Below are positions 1 to 9,977 of a stretch of 64,000 nucleotides of DNA, piece by piece. Within the stretch, counting starts at the first letter, position 1, and each line of letters starts with the position of its first letter. Both the position numbers and the translations under genes were made by a program. The notes beneath the pieces were generated by a model, which saw only the letters and a list, made by a program, of their open reading frames with translations, searched no databases and was not told where the DNA came from. Where the stretch lies: IMG/VR virus record IMGVR_UViG_3300046616_000314, positions 62,001-126,000 of that record; one strand, written 5' to 3'.

Positions 1-2
1 AA

Positions 3-2219
3 GCCCGTATTCAATTCTACGACGGCATGGCTACCGAGACTATCGACAAGCTATTGCTACGCGCCATGATCGATCTAATCGACGTGTCGGATGACCCGGA
101 AACTGGTCACACCAACTACCAATACGTTGCCGGTCGCCAACGTCTGTCCATGCTCCGCAAGGAAGTCTACGGACAATACGAGCCGCCGCGCCTTTATGAT
201 ATCGTCAAGAAGAACGTCAAGGCGAAGCTGTACACCAAGGAACTACTGAACTGGTACAGTGAAGCCGAGTGGGATCAGATCGATTCGTTCATCGATCACA
301 AGAAAGACCTGAAGTATTCGTACGCTGCTATTGAACAATTGGCAGAAAAGTATCTGGTCAAGAACCGCGCCACTAAGGAAATCTACGAAACTCCGCAAGT
401 TCGTTACGCGATTGCTGCTGCAACAGCCTTCCATAACGAACCCAAAGAGAGCCGTATGGGCTATGTTAAGGATTACTATGCCTACGGCTCAAACGGCGCC
501 TTCACCCTGGCTACACCCGTCCTGGCGGGCTTGGGAACCCCCACAAAGCAGTTTTCTTCGTGCGTTCTAATCCGTAGCGATGACGATCTCGATTCCATCT
601 TCGCTACTGGCGAAATGATGGCGAAGTATGCTGCGAAGCGTGCGGGCATCGGTCTCGAAATTGGTCGCTTGCGTGGTCTAGGTGCGCCTATCCGCTTCGG
701 CGAGATCATGCACACCGGCTTGGTTCCCTTCCTGAAGAAATGGTTCGGCGATCTGCGTAGCTGTTCGCAAGGCGGCATCCGCAATGCTTCGGCAACGGTT
801 CACCTTCCGATCTGGCACTACCAGTTTGATGACTATATCGTCCTGAAGAACAATCAGGGCACGGAAGAAAACCGCGTTCGTCACATGGACTATTCGGTTG
901 TCTTGAGCGCGTTCTTCTGGAACCGTTTCAAGCAAGGCGGCATGATTACGTTCTTCGATCCGAATGACGTGCCCGATTTGTACGAAGCGTTCTATTCGGA
1001 CGTGGAAAAGTTCAACGAACTGTACGTCAAGTACGAAAACTCTCCGTTGCTGCGTAAGAAGCAAGTTCCGGCTGAAACCGTCTTTAAGGATTGGTTGCTC
1101 AAGGAACGTTCGGACACCGGTCGTATCTACATGGTGTTTATCGACAACGTTATTCGTCACTCGCCGTTCGACAGCAAGACGCACCCGATCTATCAATCCA
1201 ACCTCTGCCAAGAAATTCTTCTACCTACGAAGTCTTTCAAGCGCATTGATGACGTTGAAGGTCGTATCGCACTCTGCACCTTGGGTTCGATGAACTGGGG
1301 TAAGTTCAAAGAGCCTGCCGACATGGAACGTGCGGCAAAGGTTCTGGTCCGCGCTCTGTCGAACGTCCTAGGCTATCAGGACTTCTTGAGCGTCCAATCG
1401 AAGCTGGCAAACGATGAGTTTGAACCTCTGGGCGTCGGCATCACCAACCTTGCTTACTGGCACGCTAAGCGTGGCTACAAGTACGGCACGGAAGAGTCGC
1501 TGAAGGAAGTTCGTCGTTGGATGGAACACCAAGCGTTCTATCTGACTGAAGCCACGGTTCAACTGGCTGAAGAACGCGGCGCCTGTAAGCTGTCGCATAC
1601 CACGTCGTACGGTCAGGGCGTCTTCCCTTGGGAAAATCGCGCCAAGGGCGTCAACGAACTGACGGACTTCACGCCTAGCCTGGATTGGGAACCGCTGCGC
1701 ACCCGTATGATCAAGTACGGTGTCCGCAACGCTACCCTGATGGCGATTGCCCCGGTGGAATCATCGTCGGTGGTGGTTGACTCGACCAACGGCATTGAAA
1801 TGCCGATGGATTTGATCTCGACCAAGGAATCCAAGGCTGGTTCGTTTATTCAAGTTGTTCCTGAGTATCTGAAGCTCAAGAACAAGTATCAGCTTATGTG
1901 GGATCAAACAGACTGCATCGAATACTTGAAGGTTGCGGCTGTTCTGTCTGCATTCTGTGATCAGTCTATCTCTACCAACACCTTCTATTCTCCGAAGCAC
2001 TTCGCTGATGGTAAGGTTCCGATTACGTTGGTGGCGAAGAACCTGATGCTTGCACATAAATGGGGCATCAAGACATTTTATTATAGCCTCATGGACAAGC
2101 AAGGTGCTAAAAATCAAACGTCGGTTGCGATGGAAAGCGAAGCCCTAACTGCGGTTACGGCTACGTTCAGTGCCTTCGATGAAAGCTTTGAAGACGATTG
2201 TGAAGCCTGCAAACTTTAA
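3..2219 (+). CDS. nrdA: Ribonucleoside-diphosphate reductase class Ia alpha subunit (5' end lies upstream of the window)
   Basis: FSSCVL, QSNLCQEI, CTLG, GIKTFYY and C-terminal CEAC motifs; frame is open from base 3 (ARIQFYDGM), matching the ATP-cone, so the ATG at 27 is internal. Confidence 0.97.
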   Translation, partial: ARIQFYDGMATETIDKLLLRAMIDLIDVSDDPETGHTNYQYVAGRQRLSMLRKEVYGQYEPPRLYDIVKKNVKAKLYTKELLNWYSEAEWDQIDSFIDHKKDLKYSYAAIEQLAEKYLVKNRATKEIYETPQVRYAIAAATAFHNEPKESRMGYVKDYYAYGSNGAFTLATPVLAGLGTPTKQFSSCVLIRSDDDLDSIFATGEMMAKYAAKRAGIGLEIGRLRGLGAPIRFGEIMHTGLVPFLKKWFGDLRSCSQGGIRNASATVHLPIWHYQFDDYIVLKNNQGTEENRVRHMDYSVVLSAFFWNRFKQGGMITFFDPNDVPDLYEAFYSDVEKFNELYVKYENSPLLRKKQVPAETVFKDWLLKERSDTGRIYMVFIDNVIRHSPFDSKTHPIYQSNLCQEILLPTKSFKRIDDVEGRIALCTLGSMNWGKFKEPADMERAAKVLVRALSNVLGYQDFLSVQSKLANDEFEPLGVGITNLAYWHAKRGYKYGTEESLKEVRRWMEHQAFYLTEATVQLAEERGACKLSHTTSYGQGVFPWENRAKGVNELTDFTPSLDWEPLRTRMIKYGVRNATLMAIAPVESSSVVVDSTNGIEMPMDLISTKESKAGSFIQVVPEYLKLKNKYQLMWDQTDCIEYLKVAAVLSAFCDQSISTNTFYSPKHFADGKVPITLVAKNLMLAHKWGIKTFYYSLMDKQGAKNQTSVAMESEALTAVTATFSAFDESFEDDCEACKL

Positions 2220-2461
2220 TGAATTTTCGCCTGAAACTTGCCCCGGATTTGATTGATAGAGTTTATGGATGGGCGGCTGATAACCACTCATTCATAACTC
2301 TCCGGGTGAGTATGGCGTATAAGAAATACACGGTTAGTCCTGAAGCGATCAGAATAATTGTTGTCGGTCTTAAGAATGACGAAGAACAGATTTCACATTT
2401 TAAGCTGAAATTTTCAGACTATATTTTAAACGATGAATTAAATTATATAGGTAATAGATGA
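2219..2461 (+). CDS. FKLK-motif family small protein between nrdA and nrdB
   Basis: LKNDEEQISHFKLKFSD; overlaps both neighbours. Confidence 0.7.
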   Translation: MNFRLKLAPDLIDRVYGWAADNHSFITLRVSMAYKKYTVSPEAIRIIVVGLKNDEEQISHFKLKFSDYILNDELNYIGNR

Positions 2462-3558
2462 GCCAATACGACTTTAGTAAAGTACCCAATTACTTAAACC
2501 GACAAATGTTCCTTGATCCGGCTGGTGGTGTAACCGTCCAACGCTTTGAAGATTTCGCCTATCCCAAGGTTGCCAAGTTCGAAGAATTGGGTCGTAGCTT
2601 CTTCTGGAACCCCGAAGAAATCTCGCTGACCCAAGACAAGTCTGACCATAAGAACGTTTCCGAAGCGACTAAGTTCGTCTTCACGCAAAACCTTCTGCGT
2701 CAAACTGCCCTGGACAGCATTCAAGGTCGCGCTCCTGCGCAAATCTTTGGTCCGGTTGCATCTGTTCCTGAATTGGAAGCGATGGTTATGGCTTGGAGTT
2801 TCTTTGAAGGAAACATCCACTCGCGTAGCTACAGCCACATTATCCAGAACGTCTACAACGTCCCCAAGGATCAATTCAATACGATCCATGACACGTCGGC
2901 TATCATTGATATGGCTGCGTCCATCGGTCGTTATTACGAGCATCTTCACATTCTGAATTGCCGCAAGGAAGTCGGCATGACGGTGACTGAAGAGGAACAT
3001 ATTCGGGCTATTTGGATGGCTATGAACGCCTCTTACGCCCTGGAAGCTCTGCGCTTCATGGTGTCGTTTGCAACCTCATTGGCGATGGTTGAAAACCGCA
3101 TTTACATCGGCAACGGCAACATCATCAGCCTGATTCTTCAGGACGAATTGTTGCACACCGAATGGACTGCCTATCTGATCAATCAGGTAGTCAAAGACGA
3201 TCCTCGCTTTGCTAAGGCGAAGGCTGAAATGGCTGGCGAAGTTTACGCCATGTACCAAGAAGTCATCGGCGAAGAAAAAGCGTGGGCTGACCACTTGTTC
3301 CAAAAGGGCGTCGTGGTTGGTCTGAACCCAGAGATCATGAAGACTTTCGTGGATTACATTGCGACTTTGCGACTGAAAGAAATCGGTCTGAAGTACGTTG
3401 AACATCCGACGAAGGTCAACCCGATCCCTTGGTTCAACAAGCACATGAACACGTCGAAGAAGCAAACGGCTCTCCAAGAATCGGAAAGCACGAGCTACGT
3501 CATCGGCATCATGAGCACGAATATTAATTACGAAGAATTACCCGATCTGGATATGTAA
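2458..3558 (+). CDS. nrdB: Ribonucleoside-diphosphate reductase class Ia beta subunit
   Basis: Di-iron/tyrosyl motifs LDSIQGR, EGNIHSRSY, LEALRF, DELLH and C-terminal ESTSY. Confidence 0.97.
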   Translation: MSQYDFSKVPNYLNRQMFLDPAGGVTVQRFEDFAYPKVAKFEELGRSFFWNPEEISLTQDKSDHKNVSEATKFVFTQNLLRQTALDSIQGRAPAQIFGPVASVPELEAMVMAWSFFEGNIHSRSYSHIIQNVYNVPKDQFNTIHDTSAIIDMAASIGRYYEHLHILNCRKEVGMTVTEEEHIRAIWMAMNASYALEALRFMVSFATSLAMVENRIYIGNGNIISLILQDELLHTEWTAYLINQVVKDDPRFAKAKAEMAGEVYAMYQEVIGEEKAWADHLFQKGVVVGLNPEIMKTFVDYIATLRLKEIGLKYVEHPTKVNPIPWFNKHMNTSKKQTALQESESTSYVIGIMSTNINYEELPDLDM

Positions 3559-3568
3559 GGAAAAAATT

Positions 3569-3811
3569 ATGAAAGCAGAAGTATACTCAAAGCCCAATTG
3601 CACCTATTGCACCGCTGCCGAAGAACTGTTGAAGCGTCGTGGCATCGATTACGTTAAGACCGATCTGACCGAAGGCGACAACCTTTCTAAGCTGATGGAG
3701 CGTTTCGACTCTTCCGGTCTGCAACGTCCGCAAAAGGTACCGCAAATCTTCTTGGATGGAGAATACGTTGGTGGATTCGACAAGCTCAACGCCCTTCTCG
3801 CTGCCAAGTAA
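3569..3811 (+). CDS. Glutaredoxin (RNR reductant)
   Basis: CTYC active site, VPQIF..GEYVGGFD; follows nrdB; SD AAGGA. Confidence 0.92.
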   Translation: MKAEVYSKPNCTYCTAAEELLKRRGIDYVKTDLTEGDNLSKLMERFDSSGLQRPQKVPQIFLDGEYVGGFDKLNALLAAK

Positions 3812-3963
3812 TTTCACAGAAATTACCAATCTGCATGAGTATGCTTATTTGTGTAACGAGAACGATGAAGAAATTCCTCCGAAACATACACCGGAGTTTG
3901 ATCGTTGGATGTACATAGATAAGCTACTATGCGATTACGAGAATTATAATACACGTGGATAAG

Positions 3964-3993
3964 AAAAGGGCTGTGATATTTCGCAGCCCTTTT
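3964..3993. terminator. Intrinsic, potentially bidirectional terminator
   Basis: AAAAGGGCTG-N10-CAGCCCTTTT inverted repeat after the nrd operon. Confidence 0.85.
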
Positions 3994-3996
3994 TCG

Positions 3997-4025
3997 TTGA
4001 CCTGACGATAATTTTCCCGTAGGTT
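3997..4025 (+). promoter_or_regulatory. sigma70-like promoter for ileS
   Basis: TTGACC-N17-TAGGTT about 25 nt upstream of the ATG. Confidence 0.55.
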
Positions 4026-4050
4026 AGAACTTTCCGTTTAAGGCGTAGCT

Positions 4051-6837
4051 ATGACCATCGACTACAAAGATACCATCTTCCTCCCGAAGACAGATTTCCC
4101 CATGAATCGCGTCGCGGATGAAGCTGCTATTTTGGGTGGCATGGCTAACCATTACGCTTTCATGAGCGCGAACAATACCGGGACGCCGAAGTTCGTACTG
4201 CATGATGGACCGCCCTACGCCAACGGCAACCTTCATATGGGTCACGCCCTGAACAAGATCATCAAGGATATGGTGGTCCGTTCCAAGTATGGTCTAGGTT
4301 TTTCTGTCGATTATACGCCCGGCTGGGACTGCCACGGTCTTCCTATCGAGTGGAAGGTTGAACGCGAGCTTATGGAAGCTGGCGACAGCAAGTCCAATTA
4401 CACCGTCATGCAATTCCGTGAAATGTGTCGTGCGGAAGCCCTGAAGTGGGTTGATATCCAGCGCGAGCAATTCAAGAAGCTTGGTGTGCAAGCCAACTGG
4501 GATAATCCCTATCTGTCCACCAATACCGAAGCGGTCATCGCTGACGAACTGCTGAAGATCGCAGAGAGCGGTAAGCTGTATCGCGATCTCAAGCCCGTTC
4601 TGTGGAGCCCGATTGAAAAGACGGCTCTGGCTGAAGCCGAAGTTGACCACAAGGAACTGAACACCAAGCAAATCTGGGTGGGCTTCCCGGTCAAGAGCGG
4701 TTACGTGAACCTCCCCACGGATATGCGCCCCAATTCGGTGTCGGTCTTGATCTGGACGACGACGCCTTGGACCATTCCGTCTAACAAGGCGGTCGCGTTC
4801 AACCCAAAGATCGAATACGGACTGTATAAGCGTCCCGACCATACCGGCGGGGTGATCGTTGCTAAGTTCTATGCCCCTGATAGCTGGACGCTGTTGGGTG
4901 ACGTGAATCCTGCCCAACTGGAACTGTATCATCCGTTGCGCGGGCAAGCGGAACGCTATGACATCACCGTTCCCGTTCTAGAAGCCGATTTCGTGGAAGA
5001 AGGCGTGGGTACGGGGCTGGTGCATATCGCCCCGGAACATGGACCCGACGATTTCGCTGTTTGGAAAAAATATTTCCCACATGATCGCCTGGGCATGACG
5101 GTCGGGTCGGAAGGCGAATGGCAGTTCGACCTTGGATTCCCCTTCGGTGGCGTGAAGGTCGTTGAGGAATACGTCAAGGAAAAGAAAGGCAAGAAAGAAT
5201 ACACTTATTCTTTCAACGCAGCCAATCAGGTTGTGATCGATGTCTTGCGCGGTAATGGTCGCCTGTTCGGTGTAGAACCGATCAAGCTTTCGTATCCGCA
5301 TTCCTGGCGTTCAGGTTCGCCTCTGATCTATCGTGCGACGAAGCAATGGTTCATGAAACTTGATGGTGTTCGCCAGCAAGCCTTGGATTCACTCAAGAAA
5401 GTGACCTTTGTTCCCGATCAACGGCAAGCAAGACTTGAGAATGCCGTTTCAGGGCGTCCAGATTGGCTCCTAAGCCGTCAACGGGTCTGGGGCACGCCTA
5501 TGTGCCTTTTCACCAATAAAGGCTCTGGTGAGCTTCTAATCAACTCTGTGGTCAACGACAACATTCGCCGAGTGTTGGCGCAAGACCCTGATGCTTGGTG
5601 GACAACGCTGATCCCAGAATTCTTTGAAGGTTCTGGGCTGAATCATTACGACTACGAAAAGTGCAACGATGTCCTTGACGTTTGGTTTGACAGTGCTTGT
5701 AGCCTGAACCAAGCGGGTCTAGACGCGCCTGCTGATCTTTATATTGAAGGGTCGGACCAACATCGCGGTTGGTTCGGATCATCCTTGCTGAAGACCATCG
5801 CATCGGATGGTGTGGCGCCGTTTGAAACGTTGATCACGCATGGCTTCGTCCTTGATGGCAAGGGTGAGAAGATGTCCAAGTCCAAGGGCAACGTGATCGA
5901 TCCGCAAACGATCATCGATCAGTATGGTACCGACACGCTGCGTCTCTGGGTCGCCATGAGCGATTGGACGCAGGATGTCCGCGCGAGCGATGAGTCGTTC
6001 AAGACGGCGCATGACGCCTATCGCAAGCTGCGCAACACGCTGAAATATCTGATCGGGGCTACGAAGGATTTCAATCCGTTCGCCATTTCGGGTGGTCCGC
6101 TTGGAAACCATTCGGTCCTGCACGATTTGATGTATAAAGAAATGCAGATGGTGCAGCACAAAGCTCAACACGCCTACGACGAATATCGTTTCAAGGACGT
6201 TGTTAAGTTGATCATGGATTTCTGCACCAACGATCTGTCTTCGTTCTATTTCGATGTTTTCAAAGACACGCTGTATTGTGATCCTTTGGAATCAGCGGAG
6301 CGTCGTCACTATCTTTCTACTCTGTCAGCAATCTATATGATGCTGTCAAATATGTTGATGCCTATCATCCCCTTCACGTGCGAAGAGGGTGCTGATCATT
6401 CACAGAAGGGTCGTTGGATCACGACAAGCCGTTGGTATGTTAGTGAAAACTACGGCTGGGATCGTCGTCGCCTGGACGCCATCAAGGATGTTGTTCGTCG
6501 CGTCAATCTCGCATTGGAAGAAGCGCGCAACAACAAACTGATCGGCTCATCGGCGGAAGCCCACGTAATCGTTCAAGTCACGCCGTACGAAGAAGAATTG
6601 CTGAATGATGAAAGACCATCAGCGGCGATGATCTTCCGTACAAGCCAAGCCACGCTTGAAGTCGTGTACACAAGCCCGTCTGTATTGCAGGTCACAGTTG
6701 AAAAAGCCAAAGGTAAAAAATGCGCCCGAAGCTGGCTTTATAATGAAGGGGTGGGGAACGATAGTGAATACCCGGACATTTCCGAGCGGGATGCTGTCGC
6801 TGTACGCGAGTGGGTCAAGCGAAATGTTTCCGCTTGA
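4051..6837 (+). CDS. ileS: Isoleucyl-tRNA synthetase (bacterial type 1)
   Basis: LHDGPPYANGNLHMGH (HIGH), GWDCHGLPIE, WTTTPWT and GTGLVHIAPEHGPDD (editing domain), EGSDQHRGWF, KMSKS, C-terminal KCARSW. Confidence 0.97.
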   Translation: MTIDYKDTIFLPKTDFPMNRVADEAAILGGMANHYAFMSANNTGTPKFVLHDGPPYANGNLHMGHALNKIIKDMVVRSKYGLGFSVDYTPGWDCHGLPIEWKVERELMEAGDSKSNYTVMQFREMCRAEALKWVDIQREQFKKLGVQANWDNPYLSTNTEAVIADELLKIAESGKLYRDLKPVLWSPIEKTALAEAEVDHKELNTKQIWVGFPVKSGYVNLPTDMRPNSVSVLIWTTTPWTIPSNKAVAFNPKIEYGLYKRPDHTGGVIVAKFYAPDSWTLLGDVNPAQLELYHPLRGQAERYDITVPVLEADFVEEGVGTGLVHIAPEHGPDDFAVWKKYFPHDRLGMTVGSEGEWQFDLGFPFGGVKVVEEYVKEKKGKKEYTYSFNAANQVVIDVLRGNGRLFGVEPIKLSYPHSWRSGSPLIYRATKQWFMKLDGVRQQALDSLKKVTFVPDQRQARLENAVSGRPDWLLSRQRVWGTPMCLFTNKGSGELLINSVVNDNIRRVLAQDPDAWWTTLIPEFFEGSGLNHYDYEKCNDVLDVWFDSACSLNQAGLDAPADLYIEGSDQHRGWFGSSLLKTIASDGVAPFETLITHGFVLDGKGEKMSKSKGNVIDPQTIIDQYGTDTLRLWVAMSDWTQDVRASDESFKTAHDAYRKLRNTLKYLIGATKDFNPFAISGGPLGNHSVLHDLMYKEMQMVQHKAQHAYDEYRFKDVVKLIMDFCTNDLSSFYFDVFKDTLYCDPLESAERRHYLSTLSAIYMMLSNMLMPIIPFTCEEGADHSQKGRWITTSRWYVSENYGWDRRRLDAIKDVVRRVNLALEEARNNKLIGSSAEAHVIVQVTPYEEELLNDERPSAAMIFRTSQATLEVVYTSPSVLQVTVEKAKGKKCARSWLYNEGVGNDSEYPDISERDAVAVREWVKRNVSA

Positions 6838-7291
6838 TATCGTCTCCAAACACGTATTGAGCCGAACCCGTAAGTACGGTGCGGGTCATCCTGACCTGAA
6901 GCTAAACGTTCGCAAGTACCTTGATGCCCATTTTGGGCAATGGTCTTGGCAAGTTCGTACCGATGTTGTCGATTCGGACATGAAGCCTATTAAGCTGGTC
7001 CGCTTCAATTTGAATGGCGGACCCGGTATTGACGTGCGAAAAGAGGTACTTCTTTTCTACGTCAAGTTCACTAAGATGTACCAATTCGATTGGTTGAGTC
7101 TTTCGAGAGATCAAATGCATGTTGTTCGCATAACAAAGCCCGATTTCTATATCTCGACAGAAGTCAACGCATGGTTGGATGAACTGTGTACCGATCAAGG
7201 ATGGGTGTGCCTGGACGAAGGTCGGGATGGCGTCACTGTGTTCTTCTCCAATGAGGATAACGCGGCAACCTTCAAGTTGAAGTACGGATGA
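6824..7291 (+). CDS. FKLK-motif family protein
   Basis: FFSNEDNAATFKLKYG*; start moved to ATG 6824, overlapping the ileS end. Confidence 0.75.
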   Translation: MFPLDIVSKHVLSRTRKYGAGHPDLKLNVRKYLDAHFGQWSWQVRTDVVDSDMKPIKLVRFNLNGGPGIDVRKEVLLFYVKFTKMYQFDWLSLSRDQMHVVRITKPDFYISTEVNAWLDELCTDQGWVCLDEGRDGVTVFFSNEDNAATFKLKYG

Positions 7292-7527
7292 GACCAATCC
7301 CGCGCCATATTCTGTACGTGGATCGGGACAAATCAATTGATCCCGCGACCGGGGTGTTTTTGCCTGAATTCTATAAGTTCATGACGGACCAATATGGAAC
7401 AGCGAGTGGGGCATGGGCACGAGATTATATGTATTATTCTCGCACCGGGGATAACAATAAAATTGTGATCTTCATCTTTAAGGAAGACCCGGAATTCGCA
7501 ATGATGTTTAAGTTGAAATACGGATGA
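7288..7527 (+). CDS. FKLK-motif family protein
   Basis: FKEDPEFAMMFKLKYG*; ATGA overlap. Confidence 0.8.
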   Translation: MRPIPRHILYVDRDKSIDPATGVFLPEFYKFMTDQYGTASGAWARDYMYYSRTGDNNKIVIFIFKEDPEFAMMFKLKYG

Positions 7528-7901
7528 AAAGTCTCTTCGAAGCTATGCGCGAACGCGGATATGAGCCAACCGAAGCTTGTTGTGGTCCTATCCCGCGCGA
7601 CGCGCATGACGCATTTCTATATGAGCGAGTGTATGTCAAAGAAGCTGGTGGACCCCGATCCGTTACGGGTGATCGTGTCTCCCGTTCCAGTGAAGATATT
7701 TTCGATAATCATTGGCTGATAGTTGCATTTGACCAACCAGTCGCCATGAAAAGCGAACGATGGATTCAATGGATTGATTTGATCCAACAAGAGAAATATC
7801 AACCCTTTTTCTTTGATATGCGCAATCAGGCGAAGACAGTCCTCGCCTTTGGCTTTGCTGACGAAGAAGATGCAGTTCTAATGCGGTTGAAAATGCTATG
7901 A
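7524..7901 (+). CDS. FKLK-motif family protein
   Basis: FADEEDAVLMRLKML*; ATGA overlap. Confidence 0.8.
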   Translation: MKSLFEAMRERGYEPTEACCGPIPRDAHDAFLYERVYVKEAGGPRSVTGDRVSRSSEDIFDNHWLIVAFDQPVAMKSERWIQWIDLIQQEKYQPFFFDMRNQAKTVLAFGFADEEDAVLMRLKML

Positions 7902-8206
7902 AGGGTCATCGTATCTATTTCCCAATGAATGCCGGTGGATGCTGGCAGTATTTGGACCCTAGCCTTAGAAATCTAGAATTCACGTCGCCGGGAGCCGATA
8001 CTATTCCCGAGAACGCCGCCATCCTAACCTTTTCTAATTTCGGTACGCAACCGGATGACAGTAAAGAGAATATACGATGGAACGAATTCATGCGATTACA
8101 GGCATCGGGGCATAACGCATGGTTCATTTCGTTTGACACGCCGACGTTTGCTCTAGAGTTTGAAACCGAAGAAGAAGCTTTCAAGTTCAAGTTGAAATTC
8201 GGATGA
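7898..8206 (+). CDS. FKLK-motif family protein
   Basis: FETEEEAFKFKLKFG*; ATGA overlap. Confidence 0.8.
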   Translation: MKGHRIYFPMNAGGCWQYLDPSLRNLEFTSPGADTIPENAAILTFSNFGTQPDDSKENIRWNEFMRLQASGHNAWFISFDTPTFALEFETEEEAFKFKLKFG

Positions 8207-8616
8207 GCCTGCAACATTTTCGGTCTGACGTTAACAAAGAGGTTTTCTTTCTGGAAACCAAGTGGGTAGGGCAAACTGCCACTACCTACGTTATTTCTAT
8301 GGATGACCATGGGAACCGGAGATATTACGCGGTTGTTCCGTTAGAAGATGTAAAAGCACTTGCTAAAACCGATCTGCATTACCACGTTCGGAAAGATTTC
8401 GCAGTCAACGTCAAGATTCCTGTTCCCGAACATAGGGAGACAGGGGTGACGACTTATAGCTTGCTCGCGCCCCATATGTCATGGATCGCCCATAACGTGA
8501 AAACAAAATGGTCGATGACCACTCCGTTTGCCAATAAAAACGTCATGGCTATCAACATGACCTTTTACTTTGGTGACGAAATCGAGGCGGCTGCGTTCAA
8601 GCTGAAATTCGTATGA
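8203..8616 (+). CDS. FKLK-motif family protein
   Basis: FGDEIEAAAFKLKFV*; ATGA overlap. Confidence 0.8.
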   Translation: MSLQHFRSDVNKEVFFLETKWVGQTATTYVISMDDHGNRRYYAVVPLEDVKALAKTDLHYHVRKDFAVNVKIPVPEHRETGVTTYSLLAPHMSWIAHNVKTKWSMTTPFANKNVMAINMTFYFGDEIEAAAFKLKFV

Positions 8617-8945
8617 TTTTGATGGATGTATTAGAAGGCGTTTCGCGCGGAGAAATTCGCGCCCTTGGTCTCATTGAAGAGGATGATGGGCAAGTTCGGT
8701 GTGATTTTTTGAATTACACTCAAAAACTTGACCCATTGCATATAACGACCGATGGTTTCTTCTTAGTGTTAAGCAACGGCGATGATGGATTGTGTACGGG
8801 CACACGTTGGAGTAACATCATTGCGTTTTGTCATTCGTTCAGAGGCAAGATGTATCAATCTAATGACCGAAGAGACCAAGTGTATATAATCTTCGACATG
8901 CCTTCAGAAGAAGAAGCTATGCTATTGAAGTTGAGACTCGGATGA
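8613..8945 (+). CDS. FKLK-motif family protein
   Basis: MPSEEEAMLLKLRLG*; ATGA overlap. Confidence 0.8.
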   Translation: MILMDVLEGVSRGEIRALGLIEEDDGQVRCDFLNYTQKLDPLHITTDGFFLVLSNGDDGLCTGTRWSNIIAFCHSFRGKMYQSNDRRDQVYIIFDMPSEEEAMLLKLRLG

Positions 8946-9292
8946 AACTCGTTGACGCAGTTCCGCATATGTCGCGATACCGGCACGTATTTCCTATGGG
9001 GCGAACACCGGGTAAATTTTTTCTCCTCCATAAGGACAAAGAAGAAAAAATCTCCAATACAATTCACTGGGACAAGGTACGTAAAATCACGGGCAAGCGT
9101 TGGGTGATTTTCGAGTTTGAAAACCGAAACAATTACTTAAAAAATCATTGGTCAGAATTCTCCCGGTATTGTAAGAGCCGGGCTCAGGCTGGTTACATGA
9201 TTGTGGATCGCTATGGAAATAATGTAACGATTGCATTGAATTTCCGCGCGGACGAAGATGCGTCCTATTGCAGATTGAGATTCAGCAAATGA
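8942..9292 (+). CDS. FKLK-motif family protein
   Basis: FRADEDASYCRLRFSK*; ATGA overlap. Confidence 0.75.
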   Translation: MKLVDAVPHMSRYRHVFPMGRTPGKFFLLHKDKEEKISNTIHWDKVRKITGKRWVIFEFENRNNYLKNHWSEFSRYCKSRAQAGYMIVDRYGNNVTIALNFRADEDASYCRLRFSK

Positions 9293-9618
9293 TCCAGCTA
9301 CGCCCCAACGAATTAATTACCGGGTTGATCATCGAAATCGCGTATTACTCGCGGGCAGATGGTACAAAGTACATTCGATATTCGAGTGTGCTAAATTCTA
9401 GAGGCGGACACGATAGACAAGAACTTACTCTATGTAGTCCGTTTGTTGTAAGCATAAAAAATAACAGACACATTGTTGATGATCCGCGTTTTATTGACTT
9501 TGTTGACAAGTTCACCGGAACTGTTGTATATAAGGACTCGACAGATGAAATCTTCATGGATTTTGCAAGTGAAGAAGACATCGTAATGTTCAAGTTTAAA
9601 ATGACAGGGCAATGCTAG
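9289..9618 (+). CDS. FKLK-motif family protein
   Basis: FASEEDIVMFKFKM; start moved to the ATGA overlap at 9289. Confidence 0.75.
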   Translation: MIQLRPNELITGLIIEIAYYSRADGTKYIRYSSVLNSRGGHDRQELTLCSPFVVSIKNNRHIVDDPRFIDFVDKFTGTVVYKDSTDEIFMDFASEEDIVMFKFKMTGQC

Positions 9619-9977
9619 AAGCGCAGCGCATAACAGTACCGACGACAATCCTAGCATATCGTCTATCACCTTGGACGACAGGGTTTTCGCTCACCTATGC
9701 TCAGCGCGATTCTAACCGCAATGGTGTACCCTGCGAAGTCATGGGCGCACACCTAGTCATTTTCCCGATGAAGATACTTTCGGAGATCAAACCGGAGTAT
9801 GAAAAATTTGTCGAGTTTTCGAAAACGTTTCCCGGTGAGATTTATTCGATCAAGCGGTTCTTCACACATGACCTTTCGCCTGGACGTGGCGAGCATATGC
9901 ATTTCTTGCTTTCATTCCCGACCGCTGAAGATGCCGTAATCTTCAAGATGCGTATGAAAGTGGATTACAACCTATGA
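9612..9977 (+). CDS. FKLK-motif family protein
   Basis: FPTAEDAVIFKMRM. Confidence 0.75.
   Translation: MLEAQRITVPTTILAYRLSPWTTGFSLTYAQRDSNRNGVPCEVMGAHLVIFPMKILSEIKPEYEKFVEFSKTFPGEIYSIKRFFTHDLSPGRGEHMHFLLSFPTAEDAVIFKMRMKVDYNL

Noticed and set aside
27-29. nrdA start at position 27
   Set aside because: The upstream frame is open and matches the ATP-cone, so the gene starts before the window
1-3558. Intron or intein in nrdA/nrdB
   Set aside because: Both proteins are continuous and of normal length with no insertion motifs
3756-3962. ORF after glutaredoxin
   Set aside because: The listed start lies inside the glutaredoxin gene and there is no convincing downstream start or SD; cannot be supported
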